DNA of 60,382 nucleotides, counting the filler, from Globobulimina sp. (taxonomy: Eukaryota): the NCBI GenBank assembly GCA_003354225.1. It is 3 parts of 3 records of this genome, joined end to end, with 100 filler letters (N's around TTAATTAATTAA, not from the genome) between each part and the next. Parts side by side here need not be neighbours in the genome. Positions count along the whole stretch, not along the records: positions 23,787 to 42,221 come from PIVH01000002.1; 2 more parts are not named here. The stretch is one strand, 5' to 3'. Shown here one piece after another: positions 28,406 through 39,112 of this stretch. Under the pieces are notes generated by a model, which was given only the letters and a program-made list of their open reading frames with translations, made no database searches and had not been told where the DNA came from. Positions within the stretch are counted from its first letter, which is position 1. Every line of letters starts with the position of its first letter. The position numbers and the translations under genes are program-made.

Positions 28406-28912
28406 TTAATATTTAATGTTTTTTCCTTGTGGTATATTTTCTTTTTTGTTTATATTATTATAGATATCCATTATACAATTTTTACTTAACGCTATGTTTA
28501 ATTTTACATTATTAGTTAAGTTATTAAAATCTTTACCTTGTTGAATAGCTACAGCAATAGTATATACATCTTTATATGATCCTGTTATAGCAAGTATCTC
28601 TGTAGTACTATTTGTTTGTGATACGAATAGTAATTTTGTAGGTAATGTAAAAGTATTACCTTTGATTGAGAGTGTTGCTGTTGTTTGATCATATTCAACA
28701 CATGGGCATGGTTCATATATATCAATAATATCTAAATCATACATAAGTGTTATATTTGTTTGATCAAATATTTCATTTTGATTGATGTTAGTTGATGAAT
28801 TAGGTTGTATTGACCATACATACATTATTAATAGCATTGTAAAAAATAATACTAATGTTAAAGTTTCACTATTTAATTTTATATTTTTCATAGTTTTATA
28901 GTTGTAGTTCAT
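28406..28912 (-). CDS. Membrane-anchored hypothetical protein
   Basis: LTLVLFFTMLLIMYVWSI. Confidence 0.7.
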   Translation of the reverse strand: MNYNYKTMKNIKLNSETLTLVLFFTMLLIMYVWSIQPNSSTNINQNEIFDQTNITLMYDLDIIDIYEPCPCVEYDQTTATLSIKGNTFTLPTKLLFVSQTNSTTEILAITGSYKDVYTIAVAIQQGKDFNNLTNNVKLNIALSKNCIMDIYNNINKKENIPQGKNIKY

Positions 28913-29114
28913 AATATCTTACTGCATTATATATAACACACATTACAATATGGTTTCTGTTAAAGCTTATTGATAGAGCTTCTATTGCTTTTGAGTGTTT
29001 TTCTTTGGCAAATGATATGCCTTTTTCACAAATATCAGTAATGATATCATCACAAGCTTTAATTTCTTCTTTTGAAGCTTGTATAATTTCTTTGTTATTG
29101 TCTAATTTTAACAT
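28896..29114 (-). CDS. Hypothetical phage protein
   Basis: 72-aa ORF in operon-like block. Confidence 0.6.
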   Translation of the reverse strand: MLKLDNNKEIIQASKEEIKACDDIITDICEKGISFAKEKHSKAIEALSISFNRNHIVMCVIYNAVRYYELQL

Positions 29115-29137
29115 AAGCAGTAGATTAAGTATAACTT

Positions 29138-29509
29138 TTATCCTTCATCTATGAAGTTCTGGATATTATTAGCTGCAACATGCAGTATATCCATTTCTTG
29201 TAAGATGTCGTGAATTTGATTTAATCTGTGTTCAACTTGAACTTCGATGTCAGCGAGAGGAACAGGTGTAGATTTTTGAAATACTCTTTCTCTTTGATTT
29301 TGTTCATTTATTTTTTGTATTTCAAGTGTGTAATTAGTTTCATCTTCTTTATTTTTTGATTCTGAAACTATAACACGAACAGTTTGATTATGTTCTGTGT
29401 TAACTATTGATGTTTTTGTACGTACTTTTTCTTCAGATTCGATATCTGTTGATTTAGTTGTACCTAATTCATTTAAGAATTTAGTAATCATTTTTAGTTT
29501 ATTCATCAT
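29138..29509 (-). CDS. Hypothetical phage protein
   Basis: 123-aa ORF. Confidence 0.75.
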   Translation of the reverse strand: MMNKLKMITKFLNELGTTKSTDIESEEKVRTKTSIVNTEHNQTVRVIVSESKNKEDETNYTLEIQKINEQNQRERVFQKSTPVPLADIEVQVEHRLNQIHDILQEMDILHVAANNIQNFIDEG

Positions 29510-29513
29510 AACT

Positions 29514-29711
29514 TTATATGGTTTTAAATTGTTTCCATTTTCTTTTTAACCATTTCTTAAAATGGTATTCACATCTTAATTTTCCATTGCCGATATCATA
29601 TTTAGCAATGCTTTTACATTTATCACGATCTTTAGGATTGAACTCATTGATACGTGTAAATGAATGACATTCTTCGTTACCGTTATATGTAGTATAGCTA
29701 AATTTTGGCAT
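29514..29711 (-). CDS. Small Cys/His protein
   Basis: C..C..CEYH. Confidence 0.65.
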   Translation of the reverse strand: MPKFSYTTYNGNEECHSFTRINEFNPKDRDKCKSIAKYDIGNGKLRCEYHFKKWLKRKWKQFKTI

Positions 29712-30158
29712 GATTGTTTAATGTTTTAAGTAGAAATAAGAATCTCTTTTTATAAATATAATTTTAAGGTAGAGACTTTAACTCTACTAATGCGTAATTC
29801 TTAATGTAATATTATATAATATGTGAGATTCTTATTTACTGCAGTTTTTTATCTCTTTCTATCCTTAATGTTATTGCACATTCAGTACAGAATTTATGAG
29901 TTGTTATACGTTGTTCTTTTGTTAATGAATAGATACATTCATCAGGTGTGTGAATATTATCTTTTTCATGTTCACATTTTAGTTTTTGATTAATGTGTTT
30001 ACTCATAATTATATTTGTTTGTTGTTTTTAATAGAAAACTAATTGAGTCCTATAACAGTAATATCTTACTGTACCTCCTCCGACTTTTTAGGGCACTTCC
30101 GTTACTCAATTAGCTTATGGGTTTTAATAACTTTCATTTTTTATAGCTTTTTTAATAA

Positions 30159-30188
30159 AAAAGGGTTACTTTTTAGTGTAACCCTTAA
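30159..30188 (-). terminator. Rho-independent terminator
   Basis: AAGGGTTAC/GTAACCCTT hairpin with a T-tract on the minus strand after 30208-30669. Confidence 0.7.
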
Positions 30189-30207
30189 GTTTTTCAATAT
30201 TTATTTT

Positions 30208-30669
30208 TTATGTGTTATTATTGTATGTTACAATCATGCGATAAATAGTATCTCCGTCTCTTGCTTTTTTACAATAATGTACAGATTCACTGTCGTGTTC
30301 GAATAGTATTTCAGTCTCATTTATAGAATAGTACACATCTCGACTACAGGGGACTATTTTACGTTCTTGATTTAATGCTAATCGTTCTTGTCCTGTAGGT
30401 GGTGGTAATTCTGAGTCAATAAGATAACTGATTTCTTTAATAATATACGAAGAGAAGTCATTAAATATGATCTCTAAGTCTGTACCGTTTTGAATGATTT
30501 GATATTCTTGATATCTGTAATCTTCTATACCGTCTTCATACATTTGTATGTCTTCAAGAGCTATTAACTCTTCAGTTTCAACATTTGTACTCTGAACAGT
30601 ATCGCAAGATGAATAGATACCAATTGAGAATAATGCAATCATACATAAATAAATAATTGATTTTTTCAT
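30208..30669 (-). CDS. Putative lipoprotein
   Basis: MKK, hydrophobic stretch and SSC lipobox of Bacteroidota type. Confidence 0.7.
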   Translation of the reverse strand: MKKSIIYLCMIALFSIGIYSSCDTVQSTNVETEELIALEDIQMYEDGIEDYRYQEYQIIQNGTDLEIIFNDFSSYIIKEISYLIDSELPPPTGQERLALNQERKIVPCSRDVYYSINETEILFEHDSESVHYCKKARDGDTIYRMIVTYNNNT

Positions 30670-30867
30670 AGGCTATTAATTTGATTTGGTTAGTAATTAT
30701 ACTTTTGTAATATATTTAGTTGATATGGCTTGACTTTCAGTCTCATCTCCTATCTTTACAAAGTATTTGTCTTTTTTATCATTACATGGGGCAACTATAA
30801 CGGCTTGAACGTTATCAAATACACCTTGTATAAATATTGTTACATTTTGTCCTTCATTCATGGGTTG

Positions 30868-31353
30868 TTATTTTAAAATGTGATTATTATCTTTAAATAT
30901 ACTGTTATGTATATTAAGTTTTAATACATTATTATTTATTAGTTTAGAAAATAGACTTTCCCAATTTGATTTTGGTAAATTGCTTGTTTCTATAGAATGT
31001 TCTTTTAATAATCGCATCATGTATAATGCAGATGATCTTGTTTCTTGAAAGTCAATAGATAATTTAATTATATTATTTAGTGTTTTATCATCTATATCTA
31101 TTGATTTTTTAACTGCACTTTTAAATGTATTCATAATTGATTTTTTCATTTCAATTACTTTTTTTTCTAATTTTATAACTTCTGAGTCCATTTTAATTGC
31201 ATTTATTATTGAACTAAATCCTATATTGAAAGGATCATGTAAGTTATTGCTATTTAAAATAAATATATGTTTTTTAGCATTTTGTATTTTTTTACAGTTA
31301 AGTTTAGTTCTCCATAAAGCATATTCTTGATTTATAGTTTTTTTATTATTCAT
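30868..31353 (-). CDS. Hypothetical phage protein
   Basis: 161-aa ORF. Confidence 0.7.
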   Translation of the reverse strand: MNNKKTINQEYALWRTKLNCKKIQNAKKHIFILNSNNLHDPFNIGFSSIINAIKMDSEVIKLEKKVIEMKKSIMNTFKSAVKKSIDIDDKTLNNIIKLSIDFQETRSSALYMMRLLKEHSIETSNLPKSNWESLFSKLINNNVLKLNIHNSIFKDNNHILK

Positions 31354-31371
31354 GATTTTATTAGTTTAGTT

Positions 31372-31477
31372 TGGCTCCGCTACAGAGAATTGAACTCTTT
31401 TTATCAATTAAGTTTACCATAATCTACTTATTAGTGCCTTTTAGCATCCTGACCCAACAGGCATAGAATCAGCGGAG
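31372..31477 (-). ncRNA. tRNA-like RNA with acceptor stem, T-arm and CCA but non-canonical core
   Basis: 5' CTCCGCT pairs with AGCGGAG followed by CCA; T-arm AGAG-TTCAATT-CTCT. Confidence 0.5.
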
Positions 31478-31495
31478 GGTATCGTTTATATTGTT

Positions 31496-31843
31496 TTATT
31501 GCGGTACCCAGTAATATTTACCTGCTGTTGTTCTTTTACCATTGATAACATCAGATATTGCTGATGCTTTTACACCTGTGTATAATTGAGCTTGTGCATA
31601 ACTATCAAAAGTACCAACTTTAGAACCAAATTTGTTATATTGAAATACTGGTACTGCTTTAGTTGATTTTTTAATTCTTTGTTTAATGGCTTTATGTTTA
31701 GTTTGTTGAAAACTTTGATAAGCTCTATTTAAATAACAATATATAGTTATCTCATTATATACATGAGTGTCATGTTTTAAATCTTCAATTAATTGTTTGG
31801 TAAGTTTATTTAAAATCTTTTTTCTTCTTTTTATATGTGACAT
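31496..31843 (-). CDS. NUMOD1-type HTH DNA-binding protein
   Basis: PVFQYNKFG..VGTFDS..QA...TG...SAIS.VING.R.TAGKYYW. Confidence 0.8.
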   Translation of the reverse strand: MSHIKRRKKILNKLTKQLIEDLKHDTHVYNEITIYCYLNRAYQSFQQTKHKAIKQRIKKSTKAVPVFQYNKFGSKVGTFDSYAQAQLYTGVKASAISDVINGKRTTAGKYYWVPQ

Positions 31844-31863
31844 AACTATATGTTTAGAGGTTG

Positions 31864-32574
31864 TTATTCATTTTGTTTTAACCATGATTTCCTAACAAAG
31901 TATGCTGAACCATTAAATTCTCTTTCTAATGGACAGTCATTTACTAATTGAGAGTTTTCTTTAAATCCTTTTTTATCCATTAGTTTTTGTACATCAGGCC
32001 ATATTATTACTTTGAAGTCATATTCATTTATATTGTTATCAATTAATGAAATATTGATAGTATTATCTCGATAGTTTATCATAAGTTCATGATTCCATCC
32101 AATAAGTCTATGTGTATTTATAATTGGATGTTCAAGATATTCAACCATTACTTTAGTAATTATATTACCTTTATTGTATTCAGATATATATTTCTCAATG
32201 AATTGTTGAGATGGTTGAGGTAATGATTGACAACTACATGTATAATTACCACTGTGTAATGTTGAAGCAAACGATCTTTTACAACCATCACATTCAATCT
32301 TTAGTGATTTATCAGTTGTTGCTATGATTTTCTTAAATAATAATCCTTCTTCAAAAGGTTCAGTAGCTTTATTTATGGTAAAATTTACAGTATCATAATA
32401 CCAATTACCTACTTTTATATCTTCATCTGATGTGATGTAGAGATTATGATATATAATGTCTTTATCTATTTTAGTGTCTTTAGAAAATAACTTGATTCCT
32501 TTATTTCCTTTTCTACTAAATATGATTGCTTTTTCATTAGTAGCTAACATAACTACATTTGTTTGTTCTTTCAT
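31864..32574 (-). CDS. Conserved-looking Bacteroidota phage protein
   Basis: HNLYITSDEDIK.G.W..KKIIATTDKSL..LPQPSQQFIEKY. Confidence 0.8.
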   Translation of the reverse strand: MKEQTNVVMLATNEKAIIFSRKGNKGIKLFSKDTKIDKDIIYHNLYITSDEDIKVGNWYYDTVNFTINKATEPFEEGLLFKKIIATTDKSLKIECDGCKRSFASTLHSGNYTCSCQSLPQPSQQFIEKYISEYNKGNIITKVMVEYLEHPIINTHRLIGWNHELMINYRDNTINISLIDNNINEYDFKVIIWPDVQKLMDKKGFKENSQLVNDCPLEREFNGSAYFVRKSWLKQNE

Positions 32575-32991
32575 AATTATATTAGTTTTAGTTAGTATCT
32601 TAACTTGTTAAGTATCTATTCAGTTTCTGAGACTGATTAAACAATATTGTAATAGATAAATAATACTTTAATAAAGTGAGCTTACAGAACCCGTTTGTAT
32701 CAAATTAATGATGATGGGTGAATCTGCATAGTATAGCAGGGCAATTCACATCTTATGCTCGAAAAAGCGCCACTCTATTAATGTCTTGTAAGACTAAGAA
32801 TGATATTAAAGCATTATTGCTACGGGATTAGTAAGACACCTTGTATGGTATCTTACTTGCAACCTATTGGTTAATCCCATAAGGGTTAAAACATTTCAAT
32901 ATCGCAACGTTTGCTGAATAGTATCTGTACGTGTCTCCGCTATATTTTGCTTAATTCACTCGTTTACGGCGTTGAATCAGCTTAAAATGCT

Positions 32992-33267
32992 TTATTTCTT
33001 TCTATTTCTTTGCCATCTTGCACCTGCTAAGAATGCACGATAGAAATGATTATAATGTTTTCTAACAAATTCATCTTTGTGTTTAGTAACGAATTCTGAA
33101 GCAAATTTCTTCATTTCTTTTTCGTTATCTTCAATTTTAGTGAATCTGCCTTTTTTTATGTTACTTGATATTTTGTTAGCGAATATTGAAATTGCTATCC
33201 ATAATATAATAACACCGATGATTCCTCCAATTGAGTAAACATCTAAATTTTGTATAAATTCTTTCAT
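32992..33267 (-). CDS. Small membrane protein
   Basis: IGGIIGVIILWIAISIF; FLAGARWQ. Confidence 0.7.
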   Translation of the reverse strand: MKEFIQNLDVYSIGGIIGVIILWIAISIFANKISSNIKKGRFTKIEDNEKEMKKFASEFVTKHKDEFVRKHYNHFYRAFLAGARWQRNRKK

Positions 33268-33270
33268 ATT

Positions 33271-33654
33271 TTATAATTGTTGGTTTCTTTCCCAAAGTTC
33301 TTTATCAATTTTATGTAATTTAATCTTTACATTATTGATATCTAAATAGAATGAACCATTCCATATTTGAGTAATTTCTCTTAATGCAGTTTGCCAAAAT
33401 ATTAATCTCATGTTAATAACATTATTAAAATCTTTTTTTTCATGAAATAAGATTGCATCAAATGTTGGCATATTAAGACATGAACTATCAGTATTTGCCT
33501 GTAGTACACAGTTTGTACATATATTATTATTTATGATACATAGAGGACAATGGTTCGGACCTATATATATTGAATTAGCAATGAGTGCTAATTCATATTT
33601 TTTAATCATCTGATTGATTAAGTTAATTAATGTTGATTTCTTTATTGCTATCAT
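33271..33654 (-). CDS. Cys-cluster phage protein
   Basis: CPLC..CTNC..C. Confidence 0.7.
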   Translation of the reverse strand: MIAIKKSTLINLINQMIKKYELALIANSIYIGPNHCPLCIINNNICTNCVLQANTDSSCLNMPTFDAILFHEKKDFNNVINMRLIFWQTALREITQIWNGSFYLDINNVKIKLHKIDKELWERNQQL

Positions 33655-33771
33655 TTCTTTTATGATTTTAGTTTGTATTTATAACCCAATTAAATGGTAG
33701 TCTCTAAGGACATTATAAATAAACTAAGGTACTGTTGTTGCACCTTAGTTTTAATTTTTGATAGATGATGG

Positions 33772-34401
33772 TTATTCGTCGCCTTCGTCTTTATCTTTTT
33801 TATCTTTTTTAGTACTAACTGCTTCAACCTCTTCAGGTGGTGTTTCGTTAGTAAGAGATAAGAGATTATAAGCTTTACCACCAACTGTGTATTTCTTGAT
33901 AGTTGCATCAAGAGTTGCAGTGTCAACCATTTTTTGACGTCCTAAGAAGTCAGCAACAGCAACATCTGGATTTTCATCTACAGTAAGTAGTAACTTAAAT
34001 TTATTAGCAATGACACGTTGACCTTCATCTTCGTGATCTTTGTCATATGTTTCGTATTTCCATTCACCATCAGCATCTTTGCGACGGATATAATATGGAG
34101 CAGTTTCACACTCATGTATGAATCCTTTAAATACAGGTGTGTCTTTATAATCAAAATCATTATCAGGGTCTACAACCTTTTTTAATAATCTGATCCAACC
34201 ACCTTCTTGTTTTTCTAAGAAAGTTTTTCCTATAGTTTTACCACCGTAAACAGGACGACCACCAACTTTTTCGTCACCTTGATATTCGGCTACTTGAGTA
34301 CTGAACCAAGTCTCATCTTTACCAGAGAATTTGTTCTTATTAGTACCAGAGTCAACTATATTCACAACTTCAAATGCTTTTACTTCTCTGTTTTCTTGCA
34401 T
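33772..34401 (-). CDS. Hypothetical phage protein with charged C-terminal tail
   Basis: 209-aa ORF followed by a hairpin at ~33723-33749. Confidence 0.85.
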   Translation of the reverse strand: MQENREVKAFEVVNIVDSGTNKNKFSGKDETWFSTQVAEYQGDEKVGGRPVYGGKTIGKTFLEKQEGGWIRLLKKVVDPDNDFDYKDTPVFKGFIHECETAPYYIRRKDADGEWKYETYDKDHEDEGQRVIANKFKLLLTVDENPDVAVADFLGRQKMVDTATLDATIKKYTVGGKAYNLLSLTNETPPEEVEAVSTKKDKKDKDEGDE

Positions 34402-34705
34402 TGTAATAGTTTTTAATTAATATTGTTGATATATATATTTGCTTTCGTTAACTGATTAAATTAACTTCTTTATTATGCGTTGTTTTATTAGAAAGAGAGC
34501 AAGACTATAAAACTCTCCTCTAACTCAATGTGATTTAGTGCGTTTGTTCGTGTTTTCTATCACGTCACTTCATTCTAATAGTCTTAATCGTTTTAGTAAC
34601 ATAATGATATCGTATTGAAATAGTTCTTCAATACACTAATTATGTTAGATAGCTTCCCTCGTTCAATTTCCAACAAGTGCTATAAGGATTTAGAATGTGA
34701 GATTG

Positions 34706-34978
34706 TTATTGTGTGAGATAGTAAGGTGGCATGCTAAATACCATTTTATCTAACTCTACAATAGGTAATTCTTCAAGGTCAAGAGCATCATCAGCTGTAT
34801 TAGATAATACTTTGAATAACTCTGTGCCTTTCCATACCATGAATCTAACTTTTGTATTAGTACGAACTTCTGATAGTTGTACTTGTATTCCTAATAATTG
34901 TGTATCATCATTAGGATCAAAGAATGAGTCCAGTATGTCTGTAATGTTGTATGCGTTCCTTTGTATTAAAGTGCTCAT
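34706..34978 (-). CDS. Hypothetical phage protein
   Basis: 90-aa ORF overlapping its neighbour (ATGA). Confidence 0.7.
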   Translation of the reverse strand: MSTLIQRNAYNITDILDSFFDPNDDTQLLGIQVQLSEVRTNTKVRFMVWKGTELFKVLSNTADDALDLEELPIVELDKMVFSMPPYYLTQ

Positions 34979-35220
34979 ATGATTGAGGTTATTTTAGTAC
35001 ATAACTCATTGTTAGAATCATTAAGTACGTTATTAATTACTTGTTGATCTTTTAAATAATTACTGTTTTCATCAATTACAGCATCAGTATGAATGTAGAT
35101 TATGTCATATATATAACCATATCCACATTTAATTGCTAAATCAAGTAACCAACTCATGTTATCATAAGTTATAGTGTATGATTTGTTGAATAATCTGAAT
35201 ATTTTTATAAATGTTTTCAT
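34975..35220 (-). CDS. Hypothetical phage protein
   Basis: 81-aa ORF. Confidence 0.65.
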   Translation of the reverse strand: MKTFIKIFRLFNKSYTITYDNMSWLLDLAIKCGYGYIYDIIYIHTDAVIDENSNYLKDQQVINNVLNDSNNELCTKITSII

Positions 35221-35335
35221 ATTATAAGGTTGTTGATTACTAAGTTGGACTAAGGGTAGGTTAGTGCAAAACTATAACAAATCAGCATAATTGTTAATAA
35301 TAATTTCATCTATTCCTACCTTTAGCTTAATTTCT

Positions 35336-35608
35336 TTACGGTGTTCCATAACTGTTCCAAACCATATTATAACCCTTATTGATAAGGATTATTATAATAA
35401 GTAGAACAACCACTACTATAAGTATCCAAAGATAAGCTGTAATGAGTGTTATGTCTGATGCAGGTATATTATCTATACCAAATGAACTAAAGCCTAATGC
35501 TAATAGTCCTATGAATATAAGACCTGCTAATGCGATTAAAAATGCTCCTAAATTTCTTTTACTGAATAACATATAATGTGTGTATTGATTATGTAAGATA
35601 ACACCCAA
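35336..35608 (-). CDS. Two-TM membrane protein
   Basis: Two long hydrophobic stretches. Confidence 0.65.
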   Translation of the reverse strand: MGVILHNQYTHYMLFSKRNLGAFLIALAGLIFIGLLALGFSSFGIDNIPASDITLITAYLWILIVVVVLLIIIILINKGYNMVWNSYGTP

Positions 35609-35891
35609 GGCTCCAATTATTGTCAGTTGCGCTTTAGCCTTTAATAATACATTTAACAGTCCAGCTGACGCTGTGATGTTGTAATCATCCGCAATGTGTC
35701 GTCTTTAGGGTGTTAAATACTCCTTTTAAGAGTAAGTTACATGATAGTATTCTCCTATCTTTTAGTAATGTATCAATAATGATATCTCAAGGATATCCCC
35801 GTTCAAACAATTAAAAATGAATCCCCGACTTATGGGTATTGGGATGCAGAGATTCATATCGCTACGGCACTCGTGGAACTGGGCAATATTG

Positions 35892-36101
35892 TTAATGCGG
35901 TGGATGTAATACTCTATCAGATATTAATACATTTGATTTGTATTTAGATACTGATGTTATTTCATATTCCATTAGTTTATCTAAAGTAGATAGATAAGTG
36001 GTAGCTGTATCTAATGCATCTTGTTGACTGAGTGCAATAATATGTTTATTGAATGCATTACCGTTATAAGCTGTAAATATTACAATGTAGATTTTATACA
36101 T
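35892..36101 (-). CDS. Hypothetical phage protein
   Basis: 69-aa ORF. Confidence 0.6.
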   Translation of the reverse strand: MYKIYIVIFTAYNGNAFNKHIIALSQQDALDTATTYLSTLDKLMEYEITSVSKYKSNVLISDRVLHPPH

Positions 36102-36428
36102 GATATAATAAGTGTATTGATTACAAATGAATCAAGTAATGATGCTCTAATGGTTATTAATGGGATTGAAGTTAGGGGAATTAAAGCAAGAAGTATTACT
36201 TGATGTGGGATAATCAGCAGTCATTGTAGAAATGTCTTTATTTGTTACAAGAATATCTGTGTCTCTTGTCTTGAGGATGTTTCAACCTTGTTTTCTACAT
36301 ATATTTACAGATTGCTGCTGATTAAAAGATAAACCAAATGAACGATGGATGTTGTTGCTACCGTTGATACATAAGTATTCCGTTGAGCATATCCATTGTG
36401 CAATGCACTATCCATTTGGTTTAAAAGG

Positions 36429-36707
36429 TTAATGAGGTTGTGTTTTTTTAATATGGCGTTTTAACCATTTAATTCTTGGTTTTATTAAACCTTTTCTCCA
36501 GAAATACCCAGAATAAAATCTAAATATATAGCTCCAGAAAGGTTTGTTATCATTAATGTATTCTTGTAATTGTACATTTTCTGATAATTTTATAGGTATT
36601 TTATTAACTATTAAACATAATCCTCCACTATATTTTTTGTTAATATAAATAGATAGGTAATGAAGTAATAGTTTAAGTAATTCATGTATTGATCTATCTT
36701 TGTTCAT
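36429..36707 (-). CDS. Hypothetical phage protein
   Basis: GLC..YFW..G..PRIKWL. Confidence 0.7.
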   Translation of the reverse strand: MNKDRSIHELLKLLLHYLSIYINKKYSGGLCLIVNKIPIKLSENVQLQEYINDNKPFWSYIFRFYSGYFWRKGLIKPRIKWLKRHIKKTQPH

Positions 36708-36754
36708 AATATATGAATGTATTGATTACAAGTGGTAATAAAGAACTACTGCAA

Positions 36755-36958
36755 TTAAGCAGTAGCCTTTTGTATTTTAGCCAATTCTTTATACTTGTTG
36801 AACATCTTAGCATTGATGACATTAGCATCTTTAACTGGTGTACCCTGAAGGCGTGCAGTATGTGATGTTTTATGTTTACCATTAGCACAGTTCTCAACAA
36901 ATATGCATGTTCTACCTTCTTTGTCAATGTAGACAAATTCAATTTTAGTAATAGGCAT
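36755..36958 (-). CDS. Hypothetical phage protein
   Basis: 67-aa ORF. Confidence 0.6.
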   Translation of the reverse strand: MPITKIEFVYIDKEGRTCIFVENCANGKHKTSHTARLQGTPVKDANVINAKMFNKYKELAKIQKATA

Positions 36959-37163
36959 ATCGTAGCGGTGTTGATGACTTGATTAATAACAGGCTTTGCT
37001 CACCACTCATATCCATACTCGTTAAAGCATCGGCGATATTCAGTATCCTGTTGTAGGTACATAAAGAATAAGCATCACTCATTGATCTAACTTCAAGCTT
37101 AGATTGTACACCTGTTGTTGTACGTCTCAATTTATTGAGTTGCGTTGTACATGTGTGTAGCAA
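36945..37163 (-). CDS. Hypothetical phage protein
   Basis: 72-aa ORF, start uncertain. Confidence 0.4.
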   Translation of the reverse strand: MLHTCTTQLNKLRRTTTGVQSKLEVRSMSDAYSLCTYNRILNIADALTSMDMSGEQSLLLIKSSTPLRYAYY

Positions 37164-37720
37164 TGTGGTTAGTGATGCAGTAAATATTTAAATAAGTTTA
37201 ATACTAAGGCTTGCACTCCTTAGTTAGTATCACCGCCACACTGACCGTTGTCAGTTATTTAAGTCTGAGGGGATCATGCCCAAGACTGGTTGATGTATCT
37301 GGATGATTAGGTCACAACTCCGTGCTTTTTTAACGTACCATACAATACGAACCGTTACTGTCTTAAGTGGTTAACTTGAACTCAACTTATAGTGTGAGTA
37401 ACTATAAAGCTATGTAATATCAATGACTAATGAAAGTATGATAATACAAATAGACGAGAATAGGGGAAGTGAGTAGAGAACAATCCATTCATACTCTTAT
37501 CGACCCAATATTGTGTGGAATTCCGTGAAGAAAACTCAAAGCAATACAGTTCAATTGAAGGGGGATACCCTTTCTCGCAAAAATGCATAGGGGGAGTTGA
37601 ACTAAGGTCCTCTAAGCACTCGTTAATCCTTTGTAAAAAATTATCTGAAAAAATATAAAAAATTTTTAAAATTTATCAGCGAATCAGCAAATAGGCAGTA
37701 CTGCTTTTTCAACTAATTTG

Positions 37721-37745
37721 GTAACTTTGGTACTTAAAGTACGTA
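37721..37745 (+). promoter_or_regulatory. GTAAC-N16-CGTA ECF-sigma-like promoter
   Basis: One of four identically spaced copies; upstream of the ATG at 37755. Confidence 0.7.
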
Positions 37746-38180
37746 TACTATAGTATGAATGATAAATTACAACTTGTGATAAATGACATTAAAGATGAAA
37801 TCGAATTAGTTACTCTTTATAGTAATGATGGAGTTAGTAAATCTGCAAAATGGTATTTAGATATGCATGTAAAATATTTACAGAAAGTAGTTGATAATTT
37901 AGAATCTATAATTTAAAAATAAATAGTATGGAAACAATAAATACAATCAGTACCCTTTCTAATTTGATTGATTCATTGAATAGAGCTGGGGAAATAAAAG
38001 CATTAAAATTAGTAGTTAAGAAATTATTAGAATTACTAGAGAAATTATAAGTACAATGTAGTGGTATAGAGATATACTGCGGTTACGGAAAGCCGATGCG
38101 TGTAGCTAAATCGAGGAGAGGCTATACTACATTACAGCCCTCATCCTAACAGGTGGGGGTTTAATTTAAAACAGATAATT

Positions 38181-38423
38181 ATGAAAACATATGAAATTTG
38201 GGAAGAAGGATTCTTAGCTACAGGACAATCAGCACAAGCACATTATCATGGTAAAATAGAAGCTAATTCATTTGATGAAGCTTGTATTAAACTATTAGGT
38301 GATAAATTAGATAAAGATGAAAATCAACCTGATGGTTATCGTAGAATGAGTGATGGTAGTCTATGCATATGGGCATGTTCACTATATGATAATGAAGCTC
38401 ATGCTCGTAAATCATTTGGTTAA
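38181..38423 (+). CDS. Hypothetical phage protein
   Basis: YEIWEEG..ATG..A..F..AC..W.C.LYDNE..ARKSFG. Confidence 0.8.
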   Translation: MKTYEIWEEGFLATGQSAQAHYHGKIEANSFDEACIKLLGDKLDKDENQPDGYRRMSDGSLCIWACSLYDNEAHARKSFG

Positions 38424-38605
38424 TTAAAATAAATACAATATGATAGCAATAGTAATAGCAGCAATACTGATAGTTATAATAGCTGGTGATAGAAATGGTA
38501 GTAATACATAACCAACATTTTTTCATTCTGCAATGCCGGTTCAATATACGGTTAAAATAGTGAAAAAATTTGGAGTGCTAATTTTAAATAAAATCAGAGT
38601 AAGAG

Positions 38606-38630
38606 GTAACACTATATTATATATTACGTA
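38606..38630 (+). promoter_or_regulatory. GTAAC-N16-CGTA ECF-sigma-like promoter
   Basis: Exact spacing; 8 nt before the ATG at 38639. Confidence 0.7.
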
Positions 38631-38638
38631 TACTCAGT

Positions 38639-38890
38639 ATGATTAGAATAATAGAAGATTACAGTAATTCCATTATCGCAGCCAACATAGAAACTGCTGA
38701 TAATAGACAGAAACAGATTAATAATATCGGTAAACAAACTGAGAATTTAGAATCATATAATAACACACAATTCTTAAATATGGTATCTAAAATTATAGTT
38801 AAGATGGATGCAATAGGTACTGATAGAGATCATTGTGAGTATTGTACTCAATGTCATCCAGAGACATGTAATTGCCCATGTCATAATTAA
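38639..38890 (+). CDS. Hypothetical protein with Cys/His-rich C-terminus
   Basis: HCEYCTQCHPETCNCPCH. Confidence 0.7.
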   Translation: MIRIIEDYSNSIIAANIETADNRQKQINNIGKQTENLESYNNTQFLNMVSKIIVKMDAIGTDRDHCEYCTQCHPETCNCPCHN

Positions 38891-39112
38891 TATAATATGG
38901 CAGATAAACGATTAATAGAGCACATGAGGAAATATATGTATCAGATTATGTATGCTAATATGAGGATACAAGCTGCTATAGATAGAGCAAAAAAGAAACC
39001 TCTAATGTTATGTGAAAAGAATAAAATTAGGTAATATGGATACACAATTAGAAATACAGTTCTATCCAGATACACAATTAGAGATAGATTTTGATTATAT
39101 AAATAAATAATA

